39,859 bases of DNA from Candidatus Krumholzibacteriia bacterium (GTDB taxonomy: Bacteria; Krumholzibacteriota; Krumholzibacteriia; LZORAL124-64-63). This document shows positions 10,501 through 19,889 of the stretch, in pieces. The stretch's first letter is position 1, and every line of letters begins with the position of its first letter. The DNA is taken from contig JAWOID010000016.1 in the NCBI GenBank assembly GCA_046484865.1, forward strand, positions 1 through 39,859. Reading direction: 5' to 3'. Under the pieces are notes generated by a model. That model worked only from the letters and a program-made list of their open reading frames with translations, searched no databases and had not been told where the DNA came from. The position numbers were made by a program, and so were the translations under genes.

Positions 10501-12765
10501 GTAGGAGATGGCCGTCCCCTCCAGGGGCGCCGCATCGCTGGCCGACTTGTCGATCTGAAGATCGACGGTATCGACGAGGAGCGTCACCGAATCCGCGTCG
10601 TTGCCCGGTTCGTTGTCGACCTGATCGAGCGCGGTCACCGCCGCGGTATTGACGATCTCGAGGCCGCTGGTGCCTGCATTCACTCTCACGGCCAGGGCAA
10701 GGGCCGCCGATCCGGACGCGGGCACGTCGCCCACCGTCCAGAGGCCGGACTGCGCGTCGTAGGCTCCGCTCGGCGTGACCGACACCAGCTCCACGCCCGC
10801 CGGCAACTGATCGGTCACCACGACGCCGGTGGCGTCCTGCGGTCCACGGTTGCGGACCGTCACCGTGTAAGCGATCTCCTGACCCTCGCTCGGCGTGCTG
10901 TCCGTCACGGTCTTTGTGATTTCCAGGTCGGCGACCTGGGCGCCGGGCGTGATCGCGGCAGCATCGCTGTCGTTGCCCGCTTCGGTGTCGATCTGCGCCA
11001 CGTTCGTCAGCGTGGTGGTGTTGACGATCGTCGCGCCCGCCGTGCCGGCGTCGACGCTGGCGTCGATCACGAGACTCGCCTGCGCCCCGGCCTCGATGCT
11101 GCCGACCGTCCAGACGCCGCTTACCGGTGCATAGGATCCCTGCGAGGGGGAATCGCCGACGTGGGTCACGCCCGCGGGCAGCCTGTCGGTCACCCGGACC
11201 TCCGTCGCCCGGCCCGGGCCGTCGTTGGCGACCGTGATCGTGTAGGAGATGGTCTCTCCTTCGACCGGGCCGGCATTGCTGACGGTCTTGTCCAGGGCGA
11301 GGTCCACCGTGTTGACGCGGATGTCCACGGACGCGTGATCGTTCTCCTCGTCGAGGTCCACCTCTTCCAGCGCCGTGACCGCGGCGGAATTGGTGATGAT
11401 CGATCCGCTGGTTCCGGCATCGACGGTGACATCGAGGTTCAACGAGGCGCTCGCCGTGGCGGCCAGGTTGCCGACCGCCCAGAGCCCCCCGTCCTTGCTG
11501 TAGGTGCCCTGCGAGGGTTCTGCGGACCGGAAGGTGACGCCCGCGGGCAGCTGGTCGGTGACGTAAAGCCCCGAGGCGTCCTCGGGACCGGCATTCGACA
11601 CGGTCACGGTGTAGGTGATCTGCTGTCCCTCGTCCGGCGCCGTCTCGGTGACCGACTTGTCGACCGAGATGTCGGCGAGCCGAGCCCCCACCACCATGTC
11701 AACGCTGCTCTCGTCGTTCCCGGGATCGGAGTCGAGCTGCTCGAGCGCCGTGATGGCGGCGGTGTTGGTGATCCTCTCGCCGCCGGTGCCGAGATCGATC
11801 GTGGCCGCGATCGCGAGCGTGGCGGTGGCGCCGTCCTCCAGGTCACCGGCCGTCCAGACGGCGGTCGCCTCGTCGTAGGTTCCCTGCGACGGATCGGCGG
11901 ACTGGAAAGCCAGTCCAGCAGGCAAACGGTCGCTCACCGCGATGCCGGTCGCACCACCCGGACCGTGATTGGTCAAGGTCAGGACATAGGTGATCAGCTC
12001 GCCTTCGATGGGCGCCCGCCTGTCGACGGTCTTCGCGAGCGCGACGTCGATGGCGCTGACCATGATGGCTGCCGACGCCCGGTTGCTGGACTCGTCCGCA
12101 TCCACCTGACCGTCGAGGAAGATCGCTGCCGAGTTGGTGATCGTCTGGCCGCTCGTGTTCTCCTCGACCACGCCGCGGAGGACCAGCAACACGCTGTCGC
12201 CCTCGGCGACGGCACCCACCGTCCACACGCCCGTGGTGTCGGAATACGAACCCCGGGTGACGGATGCCGACACGAACGCCACCCCGGCCGGCAGAGCCTC
12301 GATCACCGCGACCTCGCGAGCATCGGCGGGGCCGTCGTTCCTGACGGTCAAGGAGTAGGCGATCACCTGCCCCTCGATCGGACTCGCATCGTCGACCGTC
12401 TTGTTCAGCACGAGATCGAGATCACCGTCGGGAGCGACGAGCGACCAGTCGTTGTCCTCGGTGTCGCATCCGCCGCTGACCAGCATCGAGGCGACCAGCA
12501 CCGCAGCCAGCGTCACGGCCACCACCGCGGCCCGCGTCACGGCCGGCGTCGCAGCCGGCGTTCCGGCCAGTGTTTCGGCCGGCGTTTCGGTCGGCGTTTC
12601 GACCAGTGTTTCGGCCAGTGTTCCGGCCGGCGTCAGGGCTCGCGAATCAGCCTGCGTCCTGGCCCGCGACGTCGCAGGCGTAGCGGCCGGCGTTGCAATC
12701 GCCTTCGCGATCGCCTTGGCGCTCGCCTTGGCGAACGCTGCGATGATCACCATAGGCCCCGACAT
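7594..12765 (-). CDS. Large surface lipoprotein/adhesin with 13 DUF11 Ig-like repeats
   Basis: RBS AAGGAG before MSGPMV; hydrophobic stretch then lipobox-like SGG-C; 13 units of DLxxxK...YTVTVxNxGP...VxDxLPxG...W.VG.L...NxA...DxxxxND. Confidence 0.9.
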   Translation of the reverse strand: MSGPMVIIAAFAKASAKAIAKAIATPAATPATSRARTQADSRALTPAGTLAETLVETPTETPAETLAGTPAATPAVTRAAVVAVTLAAVLVASMLVSGGCDTEDNDWSLVAPDGDLDLVLNKTVDDASPIEGQVIAYSLTVRNDGPADAREVAVIEALPAGVAFVSASVTRGSYSDTTGVWTVGAVAEGDSVLLVLRGVVEENTSGQTITNSAAIFLDGQVDADESSNRASAAIMVSAIDVALAKTVDRRAPIEGELITYVLTLTNHGPGGATGIAVSDRLPAGLAFQSADPSQGTYDEATAVWTAGDLEDGATATLAIAATIDLGTGGERITNTAAITALEQLDSDPGNDESSVDMVVGARLADISVDKSVTETAPDEGQQITYTVTVSNAGPEDASGLYVTDQLPAGVTFRSAEPSQGTYSKDGGLWAVGNLAATASASLNLDVTVDAGTSGSIITNSAAVTALEEVDLDEENDHASVDIRVNTVDLALDKTVSNAGPVEGETISYTITVANDGPGRATEVRVTDRLPAGVTHVGDSPSQGSYAPVSGVWTVGSIEAGAQASLVIDASVDAGTAGATIVNTTTLTNVAQIDTEAGNDSDAAAITPGAQVADLEITKTVTDSTPSEGQEIAYTVTVRNRGPQDATGVVVTDQLPAGVELVSVTPSGAYDAQSGLWTVGDVPASGSAALALAVRVNAGTSGLEIVNTAAVTALDQVDNEPGNDADSVTLLVDTVDLQIDKSASDAAPLEGTAISYTVRITNGGEGRATSVQVRDQLPTGISYRSHTASRGTYSAETSLWNVGSLASGADATLVLEVTVDVGASGRTIVNTATVANVDQPDSDPGNDSDTATIRPTPQQADLALTKSASHETVDEGGQIVYTVSVRNNGPQNATGVVVTDELPATLELQSANPSGAYDAQTGLWTVGGIGESQTATLTLTAAVKTGTSGLEIVNTAAVTALDQADEVPANDSDSVTILVNPVDLQIAKSVSNEAPAEGASIFYTVRVTNHGPGAATSVRVRDQLPDGVSYTSYAASRGTYNPQTSLWNLGALAADATATLILNVTVDAGTTGQTIFNTASVANVDQVDSNPANDSDTVTIEPARQRADLAVTKTASRNAVDEGGQFVYTVTVRNNGPQDATGVVVTDELPAGLELVSATPSGAYDAQAGRWMVGTVANSGTATLSLTVAANAGTSGLEIVNTAVVTALDQLDGVPGNDSDSVTIRVNTVDLQISKSVDDAAPLEGATVSYTVRVTNDGPGGATSVQVGDQLPAGVSYASHSASQGSYTAQSGQWSVGPLASEAEATLVLAATVDVGTSGQTIVNTASVTDVDQVDSNPANDSDTATISPDRQLADLALTKTASPASVDEGGQITYTVTVRNDGPQTATTIFVADDLPSEVNYTSSSVTRGVFDPAAGRWAIGSLAIGASATLTIDVTARSGTSGQTIENTASVVALDQADDNPSNDSDAASVLVNTVDLRLAKTVDVLAPAEGQLITYEVVVTNEGPGAATGVAVEDDLPGGVTYESASPSRGSYSGVTGAWSVGSLAADASATLLLRSTVDAGTAGTTITNAASVAALDQLDPDSSNDSAAVAIVPVLLRADLVVGKSVDDPRPEEDDKLEYTVTVRNAGPHDATGVVVTDRLPEGVSYARHSATRGTYDRATGVWDVGSLENGAEVELTLHTVVEDGTEGQTITNTATATGDQPDPNPENNSASVDILVEDD

Positions 12766-12830
12766 GGCGTTCTCCTTCGATGCCGTTCCCCGGCAAGTCG
12801 ACCCGACCAACGACGCCCCGTCCCGGGCGA

Positions 12831-14060
12831 CTAGAAGATGACTGCGCCCAGCGACACGGACGGCGCCAGGCCGTACCAGTGGTCCTCCGCGAGGTCGTCT
12901 GCAGGGTAATAGAGGAGCGCGAACTGCGCCGACAGCCCGACGTCGACGTTCCCCGTGACGATGCCCTGGATGATGGATCCCCGCAGGCCCAGTCCGAACA
13001 GACCATACTGCCGGTCCAGATAGCTCAGGGTGTTGATGCCGTCGTAGATGCCGCCCAGCGATGCGACGGCATCGACGCTCAGGTGCGTGTCATTGCGCAT
13101 GCGGCCGACGCCGTAACCGGCGTGGAACCTGTGGAACGCGACGTTCGACTCGGAACCCGGAGATAATATCTGCTCGGTCGTGTAACGATTCTGCGCGTAT
13201 CCGAACACCAGTTGACGGAACGATGTCCACTCGTCGACCGTCGCCTCGGGCGAGTAGCCGAAGCGGTACGCTCCCCACAACGAGATCCCGAGCTTCGCGT
13301 CCAGCACCCCGAAGTCCTCGTCCTCGCCGAAATTGCCGAACATCCGCGTCAGGGCGATTCCGCCCACGAACGAGGGCCGGCGCAGAAGGTCAACCAGCGA
13401 CCGTCTCTCGGCGTTGATCTGGAGTTGCTCGAGGTACTTGGGATTCGGCGCGCGCAACATGGTCACTTCGAGCCCCTCGTCGTCGAGCCCCTGGACCTGG
13501 AGGGTCGGCGCGATCCGGTTCATCATCAGCTCGGGATCGAAGTCGGGCTCGGTCGTCCTGGGATCGAAGTTCCAGGCGGCGTGCCTGTAGAGCAACGTCC
13601 CGTCGCGGTCGTTCATCTCCACGCGGTACGTGGTCCAGGCCCGCAGTTCGTCGCGATCCAGAGTGCCGGTTCCCATCCAGCCGATGGGCACGACGATCAC
13701 CGGCCCGGTGGGCGGGCGCAGCGAAACCTCCCCTCGCGCGAGCGGTTCGCCGTACTCGGTGAGGGCCCTGACGACGATCTCCTGCGCCGTCGCGACGGCG
13801 GCTCCCAGCAGCACCGGCAGGGCGACGGCCACGAGCGCCGCCGCGAGCGCGACGGTCCATCTCGGCAGCGCGGATGCCGGTCGGGCCGGGGCGGCGGCCA
13901 GTCGCGGCTGTGGGGCGGCCATCGGTCGCGGCGGGCCGGCGGTCAGTCGCGGCGGGCCGGCGGCCGGCAGGTCCGAACGCCACCGGGCGGTCGAGCGCTG
14001 GGCGGTCGCGCGCGCAGATGCAACACGCCCCCGCACACCACGGCGCGATCCTGTGGACAT
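12831..14060 (-). CDS. Exported protein with a C-terminal outer-membrane beta-barrel
   Basis: RBS AAGGA; signal peptide ending ATA-Q; alternating hydrophobic strands and terminal Phe (VSLGAVIF). Confidence 0.7.
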   Translation of the reverse strand: MSTGSRRGVRGRVASARATAQRSTARWRSDLPAAGPPRLTAGPPRPMAAPQPRLAAAPARPASALPRWTVALAAALVAVALPVLLGAAVATAQEIVVRALTEYGEPLARGEVSLRPPTGPVIVVPIGWMGTGTLDRDELRAWTTYRVEMNDRDGTLLYRHAAWNFDPRTTEPDFDPELMMNRIAPTLQVQGLDDEGLEVTMLRAPNPKYLEQLQINAERRSLVDLLRRPSFVGGIALTRMFGNFGEDEDFGVLDAKLGISLWGAYRFGYSPEATVDEWTSFRQLVFGYAQNRYTTEQILSPGSESNVAFHRFHAGYGVGRMRNDTHLSVDAVASLGGIYDGINTLSYLDRQYGLFGLGLRGSIIQGIVTGNVDVGLSAQFALLYYPADDLAEDHWYGLAPSVSLGAVIF

Positions 14061-14560
14061 GGGTTCCTTTCCGTGGGGGCGACCGTTGCACAGCCGGAGG
14101 TCGTCTTCGCCTCGCCGGGCGCCCGAGCGATGTCACACTGCCAAACAACCCAACAACGGGGTGAACAGCCACTCGGACGGCGCTCCCGCGGCGCCAGACA
14201 ACCAGAAGGCTGCGCCTGCGTCCGTCCTCCAGCTTCCATATTATACAGCAAAATACCCATCGAGACGCGAGTACCCGGGTACCGTCCGTAGACGACACGC
14301 AGATCTCTCTGCCGCCGGCTGCAACAACGCTCCGGCACTGCACCGTGAGCACCATGCCTCGCCGACTCACGACCGGGCGCTGCAGAGGGCGGCGTCCAGA
14401 TCGCGGTGCCGGACAGGTGCGCACAAGCCTGAAGACCCTTCTGTGTGAGCGCCTTGTGCATGTCGACGTACCTCCGCTCCGGGGCCCTTTCCTCGTCCCC
14501 GCTCCGGGCGAGTTATTCCACGAAGAATGTTTCCGGCCCCGGTTCTGCAATCCAGCCGGC

Positions 14561-14780
14561 ATGGACAACCACGAACTCGACGGGCCCCGCTGGACGCCGC
14601 CCCACTGTCCTTCTCCTACCTGCAAGTACCACAATCCCTTGCAGCCAGGCTGGCGGTTCGAGCGCATGGACTCGTGTCTCCGACTCGCCGCACGCCACCC
14701 GTATCCGCAGGTTTCGCGGCCTGCGCTGCGGCGTCACCTTCAGTTCACAGACCTTCGCCATCACCGACTGGCTGGCCAGA
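14561..14780 (+). pseudogene. Frameshifted, truncated zinc-ribbon transposase-like N-terminus
   Basis: PPHCPSPTCKYH...WRFERM in one frame continues as RIRRFRGLRCGVTFSSQTF in another (shift near 14695), resembling an IS1/InsA-type Zn ribbon. No catalytic domain follows. Confidence 0.55.
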
Positions 14781-15079
14781 TCGCGATCGACCTGGACGTC
14801 TTCGCCGCGACCATTGATCGCCAGCGAGGACAGTCGCTCCGGCAGCATGACGCCCCGACAGAAGCTGAAGAGGGCTGCGATCGAGCAGGCCCGCGGCAGG
14901 CGCAGCGCGAACGGGCAAATCGAGATCACGGCCAGGAGCCGGAAACAATTTCCGTGGAATAACACTCAGGTTGCGGCGGACTCGCCTCGTCACTACGCAT
15001 GTGAGGAGCCGTTATCAACTGCCGCCCCGACCCGCCGCTGACAGAGGTCGTAGAGCCACGAGAGCACGGAGGTGCTGGA

Positions 15080-17548
15080 ATGCCGTTTCGACGCCCGGTC
15101 CATGGCAGCCGGCTTTTCAACCGGCCCTGCGCCCCGCTGCGCGCCCCGCTGCGCCGCCGGCTGCGCACCGCTCTTCTTGTCCAGTTCCTGGTGGTCGCCG
15201 CGGTCGTTTTCTCGCAGGGCGTGCCGGCGCAGGCCGAGGGTATCCGCGGCATCAGCTACACGCTGACGCCGGCGGCGCAGACGGTCCGCTGGAGCGAGAA
15301 CCTCGGACTCGAGGACACGGAGCTGTTCGGCGGCCAGCTCACGATGAACTTCGGCAGGTATCTCGGCCTGCAGGGCTTCTACTACCTGCGCGACGGCGTC
15401 GCGACGGATCTCGCGGCGACCGGGCTCCTCGACGCGGCGGGACAGCCGCTGGTCGACCAGGAGGTCGACCTGCGCAACTACGGCGTGAACGTCGTGATGA
15501 ACCTGAGCACGGGGAGTGTCGTGCCCTTCGTGAAGGCCGGCGCGGGCGTGATGCGATTCGACACCAACGACGGCGACGAGACCAGCCAGATCAACTTCAA
15601 GGTCGGCGGCGGACTGCGTTTCGGGATCGATCGCGTTCGCGCGGCGGTCTGGGTGGAGGACAGCGCGGTGCGCCTCGACCGGTACCATCTGGCCAGCAAC
15701 GTGCCGGGCGATCCGGCCTTCCCCGAGGACCCCGGCGTCGACGATCTGCGCCACAACCTCGCGGTGGGCGCCGGCATCGACATCTCGCTGGGCGGCTACA
15801 AGGGCGACGAGATGACGGAGATCGACCGCGCTATGGCCGAGCGCTTCCGCGCCGGTCTCAAGGGCGTCTCGGTGCCGGTGGAGATCTTCGTGGGGTCCCT
15901 CGATTTCGACAACGGGGGGCTGCCCACCCAGAACTTCGGCGGCGTGAGGACGGGCATCGATCTCGGTCGGCACTTCGGGCTGAGAGGCTACTACTGGAAG
16001 GGTCTCGAGAACGGCCTCGACGGCACCTCGCCCCTGCATAGCTACGGCGGCGAAGCTCAGTTCAACCTGAACTCCGGCCAGGGCGCCATTCCGTACCTGC
16101 TCGTGGGCGCCGGTCACCTCGAGTTCGAGGACGACTACGAGGACGAGTTCGGCGTCGATCCCAACGACAAGACCATGCTGATCCTCGGCGGCGGTCTCTA
16201 CTTCACCGTCGGCGACCGCGTGCGCCTGGACCTCTCCGTGCGCAACTACCTGTTCAGCGAGCGCGACCTGGAGGACGTGACCAGCACCGACGAGCTCACC
16301 AGCAACATCGCCTTCGCAGCCGGTGCCGGCGTTTCGCTCGGTGGCGAGGGGGCACCCGACGTCGAGGAGCAGCGGCGGTTCCGGGCGGACGCGGCGTGGC
16401 GGGAGCTGTATCCGGACGAGCCCCCGGCGGACGACTTCGTGGATTACCCCGAAGAGTATCCGGCCGTGGACCCGGACGGCGATCTGGTCGACGAGCGCGC
16501 CCGCGACGAGGACGTGATGCTCGACCGCGAACGCAGAATCGAGCGCAGCTACCGCGGCGATCCGCAGGTCACGATCCCGGTTCCCGCTCTGGGCGAGATC
16601 TACGTGCGGTACGGTCAGCCCGGCGGCGTTCGGGTCGAATCGCGCTTCGAGGGACGCGAGACGGCTGTTCCCGGGCGCCCGGGAGCCACCGAGCCGGGCA
16701 TTGCCCCGCCGGACGGCTCCGATCCGACGCGCCCGTCGGCACCGGCGCAGCTGGACGAGGAGGCACTGCGTCAGGTGATCCGGCAGGAGCTGGAGGCCGG
16801 CCGTGCGGCCGAACAGGAGGCACCCTCGCCCTCAGCGCAGCAGCCGACCCAGCCCGCTGCGCCGCCGGTCCAGCAGCAGCCGCCGCCCGCCGGCGCGGCG
16901 GAGGCGGGGGGCACGTACTCGGGCCTGACCACCGATCAGCAGCTCGAGCTGCTCGAGCGGCGCCTGGCCGAACGGATCGACGAACGCATCGACGACCGTC
17001 TCGATGATCGCGTCGACGACCTCGAGCGGCGCCAGCGCAGAGAGCCTGCGGTGGTCGTTCAGCAGCCGAGGGAGGCCGAGCCCCGCGCCGTCACGACGAC
17101 GGCCGGCGACGGCGGCCGCGCCGATCTCGGGCTGCGGACGCTCGAGACCGTGCTGGGCGCCAACCTGGACGAGCCCGAGCAGATGATCGTCGGGGCGAGG
17201 GCGGATCTGGGCCCGGTCGGTGGCGATCCCCGGCTGCGCCTGGTGCCGCAGCTCGACCTCGGCTTCTTCAGCGACGCCACCTCGGTCCTGGCGGCGGCGA
17301 ATCTCCGGTACGAACTGGGTGACCTCCAGTGGAGCGGCTCGGTTGCCCCCTACGTGATGTTCGGGGCCGGAATCCTGATCTTTTCCGAAGACGTGGCCGA
17401 CCGTACCGACCAGGAGGGCGTTCTCAACCTGAGCTACGGCGTGGCGGCGAACATCGATGACCGGGTGTTCTTCATCGAGCACCAGGGCGTGGACCTGTTC
17501 GATCTCAACCGGGTGCTCCTGGGCATCCGCTGGAGGTTCGGACGATGA
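15080..17548 (+). CDS. Outer-membrane protein with probably three small beta-barrel domains and an acidic Pro/Gln-rich linker
   Basis: Signal peptide ending AQA-E; three blocks with OmpA-TM-like motifs (VVPFVKAGAG, AIPYLLVGAG, VAPYVMFGAG); C-terminal LGIRWRF. Start codon uncertain. Confidence 0.8.
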   Translation: MPFRRPVHGSRLFNRPCAPLRAPLRRRLRTALLVQFLVVAAVVFSQGVPAQAEGIRGISYTLTPAAQTVRWSENLGLEDTELFGGQLTMNFGRYLGLQGFYYLRDGVATDLAATGLLDAAGQPLVDQEVDLRNYGVNVVMNLSTGSVVPFVKAGAGVMRFDTNDGDETSQINFKVGGGLRFGIDRVRAAVWVEDSAVRLDRYHLASNVPGDPAFPEDPGVDDLRHNLAVGAGIDISLGGYKGDEMTEIDRAMAERFRAGLKGVSVPVEIFVGSLDFDNGGLPTQNFGGVRTGIDLGRHFGLRGYYWKGLENGLDGTSPLHSYGGEAQFNLNSGQGAIPYLLVGAGHLEFEDDYEDEFGVDPNDKTMLILGGGLYFTVGDRVRLDLSVRNYLFSERDLEDVTSTDELTSNIAFAAGAGVSLGGEGAPDVEEQRRFRADAAWRELYPDEPPADDFVDYPEEYPAVDPDGDLVDERARDEDVMLDRERRIERSYRGDPQVTIPVPALGEIYVRYGQPGGVRVESRFEGRETAVPGRPGATEPGIAPPDGSDPTRPSAPAQLDEEALRQVIRQELEAGRAAEQEAPSPSAQQPTQPAAPPVQQQPPPAGAAEAGGTYSGLTTDQQLELLERRLAERIDERIDDRLDDRVDDLERRQRREPAVVVQQPREAEPRAVTTTAGDGGRADLGLRTLETVLGANLDEPEQMIVGARADLGPVGGDPRLRLVPQLDLGFFSDATSVLAAANLRYELGDLQWSGSVAPYVMFGAGILIFSEDVADRTDQEGVLNLSYGVAANIDDRVFFIEHQGVDLFDLNRVLLGIRWRFGR

Positions 17549-18528
17549 GCCTGCCGCGACCGGCCGTGGCGGCTCTCGCGGCCGCCGTGCTCGTCGGGTC
17601 GACCGGTGCCGCCACGTGCCCGGTCGCTAGCGCGGACGAACGGCCGGCCATGACCTCGGTGCCGGTGAGGGACGGGTCGGTGCTGTACGTCCGCTACGGC
17701 GAGCCGGGCGGCGTGAGGATCACCAGCGTCTTCACGGCGACCGACACGGTACCGTCCGCATCTGCGGCGACGGCCCCGGCGGTCGGTGCATCCACGGATA
17801 CGCTCGGGTGGGGCGTGACGCTCACGCCCGAGCTGGGCGAGCGAGTGCGGCAGATCATCCGCGAGGAGCTGGCCCGCGCCCGCCCGCAGACGACCGGGCA
17901 ACGGGTGCAGCAAGAGGCGCAGCCGCCGGCCGGAGAGCCGCGTGACCTCCTGGACGTGGAGGTGGGTGAAGGGTTCCCGGAGGACCGGCCGCGCGCGCCG
18001 TCCGGCCCGACGGCCGCCGCCCCCCCGACCGCCGCCGCGAACGGCGGCCCCGCGGTGCGCGACCGTTCCGCGACCGACCTGGTGGCCGCCGCGGTGCTGC
18101 CGTCCGCGCCGGTCATTCGCGAGCAGATCGTCGGCGAAGGACTGTTCCGCACCAACCTCATCCTCTTCGAGACCGCGGAGGCACGGCTCCTGCCGCGGTC
18201 GCGGGAAGTGATCCAGGTGGTCGGCGAGGTGTTGCGGGAGTTCCCCGACGCCCGCGTGCGCATCGAGGGCCACGCCGACCCTCGTGGACCGGAGGATTTC
18301 AATCTGGCCCTCAGCCAGCGTCGCGCCGAGTCCGTCCGGGACTACCTGCTGGACTGCTGCGCCCTCGCCTCCGACCGCCTCGAGGCTGTGGGATACGGTG
18401 AAAGCCGCCCCCTCGTGACCGGCACCAGCCCTACCGAGCTGGCCATGAACCGACGCGTGGAATTCCGCGTCCTGAACCCCGAGACGCTGCGTCGCGAGGT
18501 GCCGCGGGAGTCACCGGAACGGCCATGA
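17545..18528 (+). CDS. OmpA C-terminal (peptidoglycan-binding) domain protein
   Basis: VRIEGHADPRG, NLALSQRRAESV, GYGESRP, NRRVEF; ATGA overlap with the upstream stop codon. Confidence 0.92.
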   Translation: MSLPRPAVAALAAAVLVGSTGAATCPVASADERPAMTSVPVRDGSVLYVRYGEPGGVRITSVFTATDTVPSASAATAPAVGASTDTLGWGVTLTPELGERVRQIIREELARARPQTTGQRVQQEAQPPAGEPRDLLDVEVGEGFPEDRPRAPSGPTAAAPPTAAANGGPAVRDRSATDLVAAAVLPSAPVIREQIVGEGLFRTNLILFETAEARLLPRSREVIQVVGEVLREFPDARVRIEGHADPRGPEDFNLALSQRRAESVRDYLLDCCALASDRLEAVGYGESRPLVTGTSPTELAMNRRVEFRVLNPETLRREVPRESPERP

Positions 18529-18762
18529 GCAAGAGGCCGGCCGCGCTGCCGGCGGCCGCGGTCTCGACGGTTTTCGGCTCCAGCCGGCCGCCCTCGCGGC
18601 GGCCGTGGGAGTTCTACGAGGTCCGGGGCGGCCCGGGCGGCGGCCGCGCACGAAATTATTCCAGAGCGTTCACCTCCGTATTTGCCTAGTCATATCCCGG
18701 TATCGAGTCGTATCCCGGCATGGAGGGGGGATGGAGGGACCAACAATCCAAGGAGAATGACC

Positions 18763-19746
18763 ATGACCAGTCGATCATGCACGGCCGCCGTGCTGGCACT
18801 CGCCCTGCTTGCAGCGCCGGCGTCGGCCCAGTTCATCGATCTCTCGAGCTGGACTCCGCTGACGCTGGATCTGCCGGGCGGACAGAGTGCCGGCAACTGG
18901 AATCTGTCGGCGGACAACACCTCGGTGATCCAGACCGTGAACGCCGATCCGAGCTTCTTCCTGAACAACCAGGACGACTCCGCCTACACCATGAACGGCA
19001 CCTGGCGGGTGGAGACGACCGGCGACGATGACTTGATGGGGTTCGCCTTCGGCTACCAGGACGCGGGACACTGCTACATCATGGACTGGAAGCAGAACGC
19101 CCAGAGCGCCTACGGCTTCCGCGACGAGGGCTTCGTCATCCGGAAGATGCACGGCGACCCCGCCGAGATGGTGCTCGGCGACTACTGGGCGCACGAGGAC
19201 GGTCAGGAGCGCTACACGATCCTGGCCACGTCGTTCGGCGCGGGCACGGGCTGGGACGACAACACCGACTACCATTTCACCCTCGACTTCGCACCCGGCC
19301 AGTTCACCGTGACGGTTCGCGAGGGCGAGACGGTGCTCTGGAACACCACGGTGAACGACAGCGAGTACCTGTCCGGCCAGTTCGCCTTCTACAACTTCTC
19401 GCAGGCGTCTGTCCGATACTCCGGCTTCACGCAGAACCTGACGCCGATCTGCGACGCGGGCGGCCCCTACCAGGCGCCGCTGGGCGAGGCGATCACCTTC
19501 GACGGATCCGGTGCGACCGACCCCGACGGCGAGATCGCCGACTGGACCTGGGACTTCGGTGACGGCAACACCGGCAGCGGCGTGGCTCCGGTCCACACCT
19601 ACGACACGATGGGTGTGTACATCGTGACCCTCTGCGTCACCGACGCCATGGACGAGACGTCCTGCTGCGAGACGGTGGCGACCGTCACCGAACAGGTGGC
19701 CGCGGAGCCGACCACCTGGAGCACCGTGAAGCGAGTGTATCGATGA
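18763..19746 (+). CDS. Secreted protein with thrombospondin C-terminal-like (TSP_C) domain, PKD domain and TWSTVKRVYR tail
   Basis: RBS AGGAG; signal peptide ending ASA-Q; QTVNADP...GDDDLMGFAFGYQD...YIMDWKQ follows the TSP_C pattern; WTWDFGDG PKD motif. Confidence 0.85.
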   Translation: MTSRSCTAAVLALALLAAPASAQFIDLSSWTPLTLDLPGGQSAGNWNLSADNTSVIQTVNADPSFFLNNQDDSAYTMNGTWRVETTGDDDLMGFAFGYQDAGHCYIMDWKQNAQSAYGFRDEGFVIRKMHGDPAEMVLGDYWAHEDGQERYTILATSFGAGTGWDDNTDYHFTLDFAPGQFTVTVREGETVLWNTTVNDSEYLSGQFAFYNFSQASVRYSGFTQNLTPICDAGGPYQAPLGEAITFDGSGATDPDGEIADWTWDFGDGNTGSGVAPVHTYDTMGVYIVTLCVTDAMDETSCCETVATVTEQVAAEPTTWSTVKRVYR

Positions 19747-19889
19747 TCTGGTGGGTATCGTGAATCGATCGAAGAGCCCGGCTGCCCCGACCACGCGGAC
19801 GTGACGGCCGGGCTCTGGTGTGCGGCCCTTCTCGCCGGTTCCCCTGAACTCCGATCTGAGCGATGATGCGGGTGCCACGGGAGGTGCCC

